Shown here in pieces: positions 25,287-37,592 of a stretch of 64,000 nt of DNA. The notes under the pieces were generated by a model. The model saw nothing but the letters and a program-made list of their open reading frames with translations. It did not search any database and had not been told where the DNA came from. The stretch is from contig CM035353.1 in assembly GCA_020137815.1 (NCBI GenBank), positions 1,054,001-1,118,000 of the forward strand. Reading direction: 5' to 3'. The stretch's first letter is position 1; each line of letters opens with the position of its first letter. Source of the DNA: Hormiphora californensis (taxonomy: Eukaryota > Animalia > Ctenophora). Made by a program: the position numbers and the translations under genes.

Positions 25287-28200
25287 TTACTAATTTAGGA
25301 AGTGGTAGTTAAGCCTTTCAACTCTGTTGTTTGTAATTTAATGCCTTCGTATTCGAACAGTCTATTCGGTACTCCCGGTAGTTGAGGCACGCTAAAAAGA
25401 GTAAGCAGTATTCTCCAAGTGGGTGTTCAGGTGATACCGCTGCTTGAACATCTTTAAGCAGTTAGGACTAGGTCTAGTCTCCTTTCAGACGGGGTTGTAT
25501 ATACAATACATATCCATAACCGCCCATGAAAGTTTCTTGCGTGCTTCCTCACACAAGTCCAAATTATGATAGCGATTGTCTAAAAGGGGTTAGTTATTTC
25601 GTTCATTATATTCACGTGAAATAACTTACGATATTGTAAGAATCGCCGTTTACTAATCACCTAACTCTTTAGTAATCTATGGTAATAGTTACTATTTAAT
25701 ATTATTTACAGTAAATGGTGCCTGATACCCGAAATCGACCAGGAGGTAAGAAAAATAACACAACGCTATAAAAGGAAGCTATAATATCATATGTCACTGA
25801 CCTTTCTTTGTCACCAGAAAGTGGTGTTCAGCAAGGTGCCTGCTTAGCAACACCGCATTTCAATACTGTCCCTATACTTTGGCAGGTTTTTATTATTGAC
25901 AGCCAGGATACCTTTCCGAATTGGCAATGTCACCAGCCCGTTATGAAAAGTTGAGATTATGTCTAATATAAAGTTGATTGTACAATGTACAACCTTTCCC
26001 TAAATTATTGAAACTAAGATTAATTATATTGTCCGAACATCTCTGTTACTTTTGGATGTGAAAATATGTCCAACCTCCTCTAGCTCTAAAGTGTCAGTTA
26101 ACTGTTTGTGGTAACTTAGCAGCGCCAGTTAGCCGGTTTGGTGTCATGGAGGACTTGGTAACTGCAGTATTTCAATAACATTGACATTGTTTATCGCAAG
26201 TTGGATTATTTCTGCAGCTGTATCTTTTCATAATAATAAACAAGGTAAACACGAGATATGTTGGTACTGGAAATAAAATTAACCGTAGCTTTCAATTACA
26301 CTTGGGTAATCTTCATCAGCGGAAAGAGTGAATGGGTTGTGTGGTGGGTATAAATACCCAGGGTGTGATTGGATTGGGTGTCAGGGTGGAGATGAGATAG
26401 GGTGGTGAGCTGGGTTGTTGTGGTATGATGAGAGGGGGGGTGAGAGCAGGGAGGGAGAGGGGGGCTACAGACGGTTATGGCAGGGGGAGTGGGGACGGAG
26501 GGAGACTGGAAGGCGGGGATATTGGCACTACGGGGGTTGAAGGAGGATGCAACAATGGGGAGGATGGGGTCCCATTGCTGGCTGACGGAAGGAGCTTTGG
26601 AAGTCCGGTTGAGCGAGGGCCGCCTGTTCTAATAATCTCGTGAGGCAGTGGATTAAATACGCCGGATCTGCCAATGTATTGTTTAGAGATAAAACTAAAA
26701 TTAATGGACTTGTTTTTGGTATGTCCCGACATTTTCTGCTAAAGATACAAATATGATATTTACTATTCATGCTAATTTAGGAAGAGGTAGTTATTATGAG
26801 ATTGATAATTTGGTAGAATTAGCTAGGGTTTACCTGCCCATTACATCTGTTGTCGGCGGATGTGTAATTGCACAATCTTGGTACGTTAAGATGAAGTCGT
26901 GTTTAGCACATTCACCAGTACGAACCATATGAAACTCATAAAGTAAGCAGATGGACTATTCTGTTTTTCAACTCGTGACCAACCACATGAATTTCCAGTA
27001 TCGGACATCATGTACGTCTGCCCTTTCTCCTGAGAAGCGTTATCCACCAGTGGACTCAGCTACGTTGATGCCCCCAGTTGCGGGCCTCGCCTGCTCCGGT
27101 AACTCCGGGATCTCCTCTTCGTTTTCGATGAGAAGTATATCCTCATTTATCAAAGTAGTATTGCTCATCTGGTATAGGTTCCTGAACTTTTCTGAGCAAC
27201 GGTTTTGGTTCCAAATTAAATCGAGATAAAACTAAAATTAGTAGTAATAACATTTTCTGCTAAAGATACAAATATGATATTTACTACTAGTAGGCCCGTT
27301 CGCCCTACGGGCGAATTTCGGGGAAATGGTAGCTGGATTAGGGAACGCTGACATCACCTGCACCATCCGTTCCTAGCCTATCTCTCACTTTCTCCTACCC
27401 ATGTTGTTGTACGCTCTGGGCTTCCTGACAATGTCAAGTGCGAATTTAAAGATCAATGTCATGGGGTGCACTGCTGTTCAGAAACTCACACGTGAAAACT
27501 TGGCAGTTATGTAGCCGATTCGGAGATTTCTATTTTCGACTTGAGTAATCGCCTTGGGCGACGTTGGGTAAAGCTATCCGTAGTCGTTTATTGTCTCGCT
27601 TGAACACTTTGGCGTAATCTGTCATATTCTCTAGCCTGCTCCCTGACAGCAGCAGATCTTCCGGACCCAGATGACCGTTGCCGAATAGCGCTTGGGGTTG
27701 AAGAGTTAGACATCAGGACAAAGTAAAAGAATGCACGTGCAGAATTGAATTTCCCTTAGTACCCAAAACTGCAACTGGAGTGAGGGTTCAAGTTGCCTAA
27801 TAATTGCACGTGCAGTGTAGTTGCTAGGTGATGTAGCACTGACAATTTGAATAGTAAGTAGTATGATTACTAATTTAGGAAGTGGTAGTTAAGCCTTTCA
27901 ACTCTGTTGTTTGTAATTTAATGCCTTCGTATTCGAACAGTCTATTCGGTACTCCCGGTAGTTGAGGCACGCTAAAAAGAGTAAGCAGTATTCTCCAAGT
28001 GGGTGTTCAGGTGATACCGCTGCTTGAACATCTTTAAGCAGTTAGGACTAGGTCTAGTCTCCTTTCAGCGTGCACAGCTCCTCTACGTCCGCCACAGATC
28101 ATAGATAGGCTCCTTCTCTTGTAGTAACAGTTCCCGTTGGTGCGGGGTGCTCTCCCCATTCCTTCACGCCCTTCGGGTCGGTGGACCACGACACTGAGCC

Positions 28201-28514
28201 GCCCAGCTTGACGGTTTTCCTCGGTTTGTTCGGTCGGTGCTGAGAGGTTGGGGTCTGTCCCCCTTCATCATTAGGAGTCCAGTAGCACTGAGCTCCGTGA
28301 AACTCTGGGTAGTTCCCCATTTATACTTTTCTGTCTAATGTCTCGGCACTGGGGGTCCTCGCACGGCCCCCTACCGAGGCACGTGCCACATACCATTATT
28401 AAGAATTGGAAGTGGTTAATGGTGGGGGGGGGTAAAAGGAACAGGGATGAGGTGTATACTACTCGGAGACGGTTTCTGAAGATCAAATATAATAATTATA
28501 CGCATATGAAATAG

Positions 28515-28782
28515 AAGGTGATGGTGGGGTTTGTCCCCTCTGTGTCGGTGATGGTGGGGTTAGTCCCCGATGTGCGGGTGGTGGTGTGGTAATTCCCAAT
28601 GTGGCGGTGGTGGTGGGGCTAGTCCCCGATGTTTCGGTGGTGGTGGGGTTAGTCCCCGATGTGGCGGTGGTGGTGGGTTAGTCCCCGATGTGGCGGTGGT
28701 GGTGGGTTAGTCCCCGATGTGGCGGTGGTGGTGGGGTTAGTCCCCGATGTGCGGTGGTGGTGGGGTTAGTCCCCGATGTGGC
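28515..28782. repeat. 30-bp GC-rich minisatellite (GGTGGTGGTGGGGTTAGTCCCCGATGTGGC); second copy 30725-30992
   Basis: About 9 tandem units; reads PPPPPHRGLT on the minus strand in the 30.7-kb copy. Confidence 0.9.
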
Positions 28783-31700
28783 TCCAGGAGTGGGGAGGGG
28801 TGCGGTGGTGGTGGTGTGGTCCTGTATGAAGACGGAGTGATCTTCTCGAACACCATGGGCTCCTCCTCCTCCGACTTCGTCATACCCCATTTCTGCGGGT
28901 ACCTTTTCATAATAATCTCGTGAGGCAGTGGATTAAATACGCCGGATCTGCCAATGCATGGTATTGTTTAGAGATTAAACTAAAATTAGTTTGTTTTCAG
29001 CTAATGATACAAATATGATATTTACTACTAGTAGGCCCGTTCGCCCTACGGGCGAATTTCGGGGAAATGGTAGCTGGATTAGGGGAACGCTGACATCACC
29101 TGCACCATCCGTTCCTAGCCTATCTCTCACTTTCTCCCTACCCATGTTGTTGTACGCTCTGGGCTTCCTGACAATGTCAAGGTGCGAATTTAAGAGATCA
29201 ATGTCATGGNNNNNNNNNNNNNNNNNNNNNNNNNNNNNNNNNNNNNNNNNNNNNNNNNNNNNNNNNNNNNNNNNNNNNNNNNNNNNNNNNNNNNNNNNNN
29301 NNNNNNNNNCGTCCGCCACCAGATCATAGATAGGCTCCTTCTCTTGTAGTAACAGTTCCCCGTTGGTGCGGGGTGCTCTCCCCATTCCTTCACGCCCTTC
29401 GGGTCGGTGGACCACGACACTGAGCCGCCCAGCTTGACGGTTTTCCTCGGTTTGTTCGGTCGGTGCTGAGGTTGGGGTCTGTCCCCCTTCATCATTAGGA
29501 GTCCAGTAGCACTGAGCTCCGTGGAATACTCTGGGTAGTTCCCCATTTATACTTTTCTGTCTAATGTACGGAATGGGCGGTAGAGAGGTAATGAGGAAAG
29601 AAAAAGAAGCTTCCTGACAATGTCAAGGTGCGAATTTAAGAGATCAATGTCATGGGGGTGCACTGCTGTTCCAGAAACTCATCACGTGAAAACTTGGCAG
29701 TTATGTAGCCGATTCGGAGATTTCTATTTTCGACTTGAGTAATCGCCCTTGGGCGACGTTGGGTAAAGCTATCCGTAGTCGTTTATTGTCTCGCTTGAAC
29801 ACTTTGGCGTAATCTGTCATATTCTCTAGCCTGCTCCCTGACAGCAGCAGATCTTCCGGACCCAGATGACCGTTGCCGAATAGCGCTTGGGGTTGAAGAG
29901 TTAGACATCAGGACAAAAGTAAAAGAATGCACGTGCAGAATTGAATTTCCCTTAGTACCCAAAACTGCAACTGGGAGTGAGGGTTCTAAGTTGCTCTAAT
30001 AATTGCACGTGCAGGTGTAGTTGCTAGGTGATGTAGCACTGACAATTTGAATAGTAAGTAGTATGATTACTAATTTAGGAAGTGGTAGTTAAGCCTTTCA
30101 ACTCTGTTGTTTGTAATTTAATGCCTTCGTATTCGAACAGTCTATTCGGTACTCCCGGTAGTTGAGGCACGCTAAAAAGAGTAAGCAGTATTCTCCAAGT
30201 GGGTGTTCAGGTGATACCGCTGCTTGAACATCTTTAAGCAGTTAGGACTAGGTCTAGTCTCCTTTCAGCGTGCACAGCTCCTCTGCGTCCGCCACCAGAT
30301 CATAGATAGGCTCCTTCTCTTGTAGTAACAGTTCCCCGTTGGTGCGGGGTGCTCTCCCCATTCCTTCACGCCCTTCGGGTCGGTGGACCACGACACTGAG
30401 CCGCCCAGCTTGACGGTTTTCCTCGGTTTGTTCGGTCGGTGCTGAGAGGTTGGGGTCTGTCCCCCTTCATCATTAGGAGTCCAGTAGCACTGAGCTCCGT
30501 GGAATACTCTGGGTAGTTCCCCATTTATACTTTTCTGTCTAATGTCTCGGCACTGGGGGTCCTCGCACGGCCCCCTACCGAGGCACGTGCCACATACCAT
30601 TATTAAGGAATTGGAAGTGGTTAATGGGTGGGGGGGGGTAAAAGGAACAGGGATGAGGGTGTATACTACTCGGAGACGGGTTTCTGAAGATCAAATATAA
30701 TAATTATACGCATATGAAATAGAAGGTGATGGTGGGGTTTGTCCCCTCTGTGTCGGTGATGGTGGGGTTAGTCCCCGATGTGGCGGTGGTGGTGTGGTAA
30801 TTCCCCAATGTGGCGGTGGTGGTGGGGCTAGTCCCCGATGTTTCGGTGGTGGTGGGGTTAGTCCCCGATGTGGCGGTGGTGGTGGGGTTAGTCCCCGATG
30901 TGGCGGTGGTGGTGGGGTTAGTCCCCGATGTGGCGGTGGTGGTGGGGTTAGTCCCCGATGTGCGGTGGTGGTGGGGTTAGTCCCCGATGTGGCTCCAGGA
31001 GTGGGGAGGGGTGCGGTGGTGGTGGTGTGGTCCTGTATGGAAGACGGAGTGATCTTCTCGAACACCATGGGCTCCTCCTCCTCCGACTTCGTCATACCCC
31101 ATTTCTGCGGGTACCTTTTCATAATAATCTCGTGAGGCAGTGGATTAAATACGCCGGATCTGCCAATGCATGGTATTGTTTAGAGATTAAACTAAAATTA
31201 GTTTGTTTTCAGCTAATGATACAAATATGATATTGACTCTTGCTAATTTAGGAAGTGGTAGTTATTATGAGATTGACAATTTGGTATTTTAGTGTTAGCT
31301 AGGGTTTACCTGCCCATTAGTGTTGTCGGTGGATGTATAATTACACAATCTTGGTACGTTAAGATGAAGCCGTGTTTACCACATTCACCCGTACGAACCA
31401 TATGAAACTCATGAAGTACGCAGATGGACTGTTTTGTTTTTCAACTCGCGACCAACCACATTCCAGTGTCGGACATCATGTACTGTCTGCCCTTTCTTCC
31501 GAGAGCCTCTTTAACTGACCAGTTAAGCCTTTCAACTCCGTTGTTCGTAATTTAATTCCTTCGTATTCGAACAGTCTATTCGATTCTCCCGGTTGCTGAG
31601 ACACCAACGCTGAAAAAAGAGTTCAATAATGTGTTATCATTATTCTTCCCGTCCATATATTATTCACATACTCAACATAGTCCGTACCGGTGGTTCAGTC

Positions 31701-32084
31701 CTGTATGAAAGACGGAGGGATCGTCTCGAAGACCATTGCCTCTTCCGTCTTCGACATATATCCCACCCAGGACAGTATGGGAGGGTCCCAGGCTTGAATC
31801 GATAAATCATTTGAAATATAAGCTCGTCTTCCAGTTAAAAGTTACAGTTAATTAAATATTATAATATGAGGTACATTTTACCTATCCATCATCCGTTTAA
31901 AGCTAAACGTGGAGCTTAGTGCAATCTCAGGAGCATATTCCAGTTTTCTCCTACTCCAATCGTTTACCTTTTACGCCCTCTACCATTCCTTTTTTCTCCA
32001 TTATAGATTCTCCAGTTCGGAGAAGGAATTAGTTTCCTCTTGTACAGAAATTGTCTCTCTGCTGCTCGGGCTCATGCATACGTT

Positions 32085-32200
32085 GCTCCATACTTTATCA
32101 AGTCCATCTAGAGGAAAATAAACGGAATATAACATTTATCTTATCACATGGCCCCTTTCCATGACCAGCCTCAAACCACAGCCACTTTACAGACTCAACC
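32085..32200 (-). pseudogene. Sola2-like transposase fragment (duplicate at about 34790-34900)
   Basis: After acceptor ttctgcag the exon reads VESVKWLWFEAGHGKGPC; a short intron with a mutated donor would give CDGL. HGKGPCDG is a DDE transposase motif I associate with Sola2. Confidence 0.5.
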
Positions 32201-33215
32201 TGCAGAACAATGATTTTCTATTTCCCCTTTCCCAATAATAAATATCTCCAGACAAGGTATCCGTGTATTCACGGGGGTATATCTGTTCAATCTTTGATGC
32301 TCCTGCCTTCTCCTCCTTATACCAAACTCGTGTATTGATCGTGGTTTCTAACTTGTAATCACCACCAACATTCACCAGGGCTCCGGTTTTCTTGGTTGTG
32401 TATCTTGAGAAAACCTTATTTTCGTTCGCGAAATTTTGAACGAGGTCCTCGATATTTGTTAACGAAAATCTACGACAACTTCAGGACATCGTTAACAAAA
32501 ATCGTTCAAAAATTGTTCGAAATATATCGATATCTCGATCAATTTAGATCAATATTGTTAGGAAAACGCTACATCACTTTCACTGCCAAGCTATGATATC
32601 GAACGAATTATTTTTGGCAGGGTTAGTCTCAGATCCATTTTCTCCTATTCCAATCGATTACCTTTTACGCCCTCTACCAATTATAGACCAATCTTCTTCA
32701 TTATAGATTCTCCAGTTCGGAGAAGGAATTAGTTTCCTCTTGTACAGAAATTGTCCTAGAGTTCCTCTATTTGATGGGTCTCTCTGCTGCTCGGGTCCAT
32801 GCATACGTTGCTGCATATAGTAGAGTCGATAACTACATCGACCTCTCCCAATTGTTCCAGTTTTTGTCACATCTGTTTGGAGCCTCGACACGACCTCTAA
32901 ACAGATGTTACTTTTTCATAAACTGTTTTCATCTTGGTGTAATCAGCAGTTGAAATGTTGCTGATCATAACAAAAACCTAACTATTTTTTTTCAACTTGG
33001 GGTAAAACCATGGGGGCCAAAAGTTAGCTCTAGGTCCCCTGAGTAACCATCCGGAGACTCTAAGAGATATTTCAAGCCGTTCTCCTGTAATCATTAATCC
33101 CGGTAGAGCACATATTTGAGTATGGACGTACGTGCAATTGCCTACAACCTCAACTTTAATGTATAACGTTAATGTGCGTCTCTCTCTTTTCTCCCCCTTG
33201 AGAAAGAGTTATCTC

Positions 33216-34389
33216 GGGGGGGGGGGGGGGGGTTCAACCCTAAAAATTTCCATTGATACCCACTTTTTTGGCAAATGGAAATTTTATTTTGGAAATTTTT
33301 AGAAATTTTTAGAAATTTTTGGAAATTTTTGGAAATTTTTAGAATTTTTTGGAAATTTTTAGAAATTTTTAGAAATTTTTAGAAATTTATGGACAATGGA
33401 AGTTTTTGGAAGTTTTTAGTAAATGGAAATTTTTAGAAATTTTTAGAAGTTTTTAGAAATTTTTAGAAATTTTTAGAAATTTTTAGAAACTTTTAGAAGT
33501 TTGTATAAGTTCGTCGGTAACCCAATTCCAAGGTAATGACAGGTAATCTATGCATGTTTTCGACAGTAAGTTAGTACTTATTCTCGCTATATCCCTTATC
33601 GAGTTTAAAAAAGAGTTTAAGTTTCTATATTGTATGCTAAGAAACCTGATCTACTACGGTATTAAGCATTAGTCATGGTAAAAGGACCCGTCCGAAGGAA
33701 TATTCAAAAGTAAGTTACCAAATAGCACCTTATATAAGTACATAAGATATCTTGTGCAATTTGGTAACTTACTTTTAAATCAGTTTTCGAGACGTCCGCG
33801 TCCTTAGTTGTCCAATGAAGCTATGATTTCTGAAGAAATTGTACGGATTGCCCAAAAATATATGATATCGATGTCTTATCTATCATTCAATAACTTATTG
33901 ATGCTCAGTTGTCACAAGAGGTAAGGAAAAGGAACCAGTTCTTCGACAACTGTGTTTATATATTTTCAAGTTTTTGTTAATTTTTCTTTTCTTGGTCAAT
34001 GGAAATTTTTGGAAATTTTTAGAAATTTTTAGAAATTTTTGGAAATTAATAGAAATTTTTGGAAATTTTTAGAAATTTTTGGAAATTTTTAGTACAGTCG
34101 GACCCCGATTTAGGGACACCCTCGGGGGAAAGGCTCTTGTCCACTAAATCGGGGTGTCCACTAAATCGGGGTCAAATAAGGTTAATTTCCTATATTGGGG
34201 GGAAAAAATCCTGTCCCAAAATCGGGGTGCCACTAAATCGGGGGGCCCTAAATCGGGGTCCGACTGTACTAAAAACTTCTAAAAATTTCTAAAAACTTCT
34301 AAAAATTTCTAAAAATTTCTAAAAATTTCCATCGATACCCGGATTTTGGCAAATGGAAATGGAAATTTTTAGGTTGAACCCCCCCCCCC
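33216..34389. mobile_element. Poly-G-ended TIR element with AGAAATTTTT subterminal arrays, 5-bp TSD ATCTC
   Basis: ATCTC-[G(n)TTCAACC...GGTTGAAC(n)]-ATCTC; the uninterrupted site GAGTTATCTCGCGCGG is seen at about 8582 in the sister element. Confidence 0.85.
34095..34266. mobile_element. 172-bp CAGTCGGACCCCG MITE, TA TSD
   Basis: Same TIR as 3125-4085. Confidence 0.85.
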
Positions 34390-36380
34390 ATCTCGCGCGG
34401 CGCAACCGCACGTGCGGTTTTTCCAGAGAGAGTGAGAGACATACAATAACATGTAAACAGCCTGCCAGCGCTCACGTACGTCCGCATTGTGTTTTCTTCT
34501 CCACCGGGATTAATGATTACGGGAGAACGGCTTGAAATATCTCTTAGAGTCTCCGGATGGTTACTCAGGGGACCTAGAGCTAACTTTTGGCACCCATGGT
34601 TTTACCCCAAGTTGAAAAAAAATAGTTAGGTTTTTGTTATGATCAGCAACATTTCAACTGCTGATTACACCAAGATGAAAACAGTTTGTGAAAAAGTAAC
34701 AGCTGTTTAGAGGTCGTGTCGAGGCTCCAAACAGATGTGACAAAAACTGGAACAATTGGGAGAGGTCGATGTAGTTATCGACTCTACTAATACTTTATCA
34801 AGTCCATCTAGAGGAAAATAAACGGAATATAACATGTATCTTATCACATGGCCCCTTTCCATGACCAGCCTCAAACCATAGCCACTTTACAGACTCAACC
34901 TGCAGAACAATAGTTTTGTATTTCTCCTTTCCCAATAATAAATATCTCCAGACTTCACTAGATTATTGTTTGAAATGCAACATGCGAAGGATTTCCAAAA
35001 ACCTGTCTCGAGGTAGAGGTGTTGGTTGTGGTCAACACAGGCGGAACTGCGTTGGGATCGAGCAGGATTGCTGCCGGCGCTTTCACTCTCGCTACCCGAG
35101 ATCATGTTAGGGCAAGGGGAGTGAGATTATTAGTACTTGATTCCTTAAAAACAAGGCCAAGGCCAATGTCCCTTCATGTGTTATAGTGCTGGTCTATTGT
35201 CTAACTGGACTAACACCGGAGCTACATTAAGGAAAGGAGTAGAGACGGGCAACTTGACTCTGAAACCGGTGTAAAACTAAGCTCGGATTATCTCCGCTTT
35301 CTAGACCTTTTCCGGTTTTTCTTAGATTTCTTTTCCTTTTGCTTATATTATTGCACTTTCGTGAGATTATATTTATAACACAATTACCGGTTGCGTACTC
35401 ATACATCTAGGTGCGATATAATATATAATAGCGGGGGGTTGTGAAGGTTGTGGACGAACCATTTGCTCTGTCAAAATCTTCATTGACGATGCAATGGAAC
35501 TAACGGAATCTTTCATTTCCTTCGTCCTCATATATGCACTCTTCCCTGTCTCGTTTTTTTACTCGGATCTTATTAAAAAGTATGCACACATTATACAATT
35601 CCTATAAATTGCTAAAAAATTGTTAAATATTCTTAAAAAATTCCAATATACAATTTATACAATTGATCAGGGCAATTGGATAGGCCCTTCGTACTACCTC
35701 CATGAGATCGATATATCTATCTACTATTGACCATATCGAAAGGCTACTATCTAAATGAACCAAAAGTTTCTATAATAGAAAGTAGACAGGGCTACCTTTC
35801 TTCTTCCTGATCGGTTTGGACAATCTCACACATTTTCCTTTCTTTGCATTGCAATAGTTCACGGAGGGCAAAAACAGTCTGGTCTTATTGGTCTTCTCCG
35901 TGCCATTTTCTTTGCAACCTATCCTGGACCTGACCATTTACATACCTCTCGTAAAATTCTTGGCAGATGCCCTCAAAGTCCTGGATATCCGGTCCATTAA
36001 CTTCAAAAACAGCTCCCTCTGGAGGCGCTCATCGGTTTCCCCTGTGAACCTCCTCTGTCCCTCTTCCGATAGTTTCCCAAACTGCCTCCGAGGCAGCCAA
36101 TCCAAGGAGGCAGGCAAAGAACCTCTTCGCCTGGTCGTCCACGGTAGCTGCCCTGACCCTGTCGCTTAGTTTCCCATCAACCCTTGCTAGCTCCAGTATC
36201 GCTATGTTCAGCTCTGTCTGCGTGATGGGGGACAGAACTGTTTGCTATCCTGGCAATGGTTCCGCCCCTTCTTTCTAACGACTAACCACTAACCAGTCGT
36301 ACATCACCATAGCAAGATTTAGAGGGAGGGGAGTACCATGAACCATACTTACATTAGGTTTTACCACCCCCAACATCTAT

Positions 36381-37319
36381 TAGTAGAGGCAATAATTACA
36401 CTCACCTCCTCTGATTTCTATGAAACTTCTCTCATGCTAAGAGGTGGCAATAGAGGTTCAAATACCGCAGAGTTTAAGTCTGAACAATGTTCGGGTCGTT
36501 AATTATCGCTAATTGAAAAACGTCAAAATGGCCTAAAATCGCCCTAAGTTCCGAATTGAAATTTTGGAGTTGAGACTCCAGACTTCTTAGAGATGTCCGC
36601 TAGGATGACAATATGCACCAAAATCGGACGGAAGCATAAATTCGTCCGAATTCGGTACGAAAAGCCGGGTAGACTGAATTTTGGTCACGTGACAGGGGTC
36701 CAAAATCAGTTTTTTGCCATTTACGCCTTTCCTGTACGTCGGAGACAAAAAATATGGCCAATACTTGTCATTTCCATCGCTTTCTGCATCTTTTAAGCCC
36801 CCTATAAACATCCCTTACTTCAACGGTTCAGAAGTGACGTCATTTAGTCTCCTGAAAAACTCTAACTTCTGAACCGTTGAAGTAAGTGATATTTATAGGG
36901 GGCTTAAAAGATGCAGAAAGCGATAGAAATGACAAGTATTGGCCATATTTTTTGTCTCCAACGTACAGGAAAGGCGTAAATGGCAAAAAACTGATTTTGG
37001 ACCCATGTCACGTGACCAAAAATCAGTCTACCCGGCTTTTCGTACCGAATTCGGACGAATTTAGGCTTCCGTCCGATTTTGGTGCATATTGTCATCCTAG
37101 CGGACATCTCTACGAAGTCTGGAGTCTCAACTCCAAAATTTCAATTCGGAACTTAGGGCGATTTTAGGCCATTTTGGCGTTTTTCAATTAGCGATAATTA
37201 ACGACCCGAACATTGTTCAGACTTAAACTCTGCGGTATTTGAACCTCTATTGCCACCTCTTAGCATGGGAGAAGTTTCATAGAAATCAGAGGAGGTGAGT
37301 GTAATTATTGCCTCTACTA
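36381..37319. mobile_element. 939-bp foldback element, TAGTAG...CTACTA, TSD TAT
   Basis: TAT-[TAGTAGAGGCAAT...ATTGCCTCTACTA]-TAT; ~450-bp near-perfect arms, which explain the mirror ORFs at 36587 and 36886. Confidence 0.9.
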
Positions 37320-37355
37320 TATCAAATTGGGTGGAATCGATAGAGGGGACTGCAG

Positions 37356-37592
37356 TATAGTCGATTTTTTTATTTAAGCGACAGGCCGCTGCACACTCAA
37401 TTAGTTAATTGATCATATCTCCGGTTCCTGATAAGATAAAGACTTGATCCTGGTTGCGTTGGAAAGATAAAATTTTTATCTTTCCAATGGCACCAAGAAA
37501 AAGTCGCTAGCTTATCAGGAACCGGAAATCGATTTCAAGCACTGCATTTTGATGCGCGGCGGCCTGTCGCTTAAATAAAAAATTGGACTATA
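37356..37592. mobile_element. Palindromic MITE (TA flanks included)
   Basis: TATAGTCGATTTTTTTATTTAAGCGACAGGCCGC / GCGGCCTGTCGCTTAAATAAAAAATTGGACTATA. Confidence 0.75.

Larger units (their letters stand above)
22420..31860. repeat. Tandem segmental duplications of exon-like modules spanning an assembly gap (N 29210-29309)
   Basis: 24230-25490 matches 26820-28068 and, in part, 29610-30268; 28068-29020 matches 30268-31235; 22690-23135 matches 25490-25985. Confidence 0.85.
32818..34789. mobile_element. Second copy of the 8194-8986 foldback element, TSD ATA, carrying nested insertions
   Basis: ATA-[TAGTAGAGTCG...CGACTCTACTA]-ATA-CTTTATCA; empty paralogous site GCTCC-ATA-CTTTATCA at about 32085. 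Confidence 0.9.

Noticed and set aside
36587-37167. Paired mirror ORFs
   Set aside because: Produced by the palindromic arms of a non-coding foldback element.
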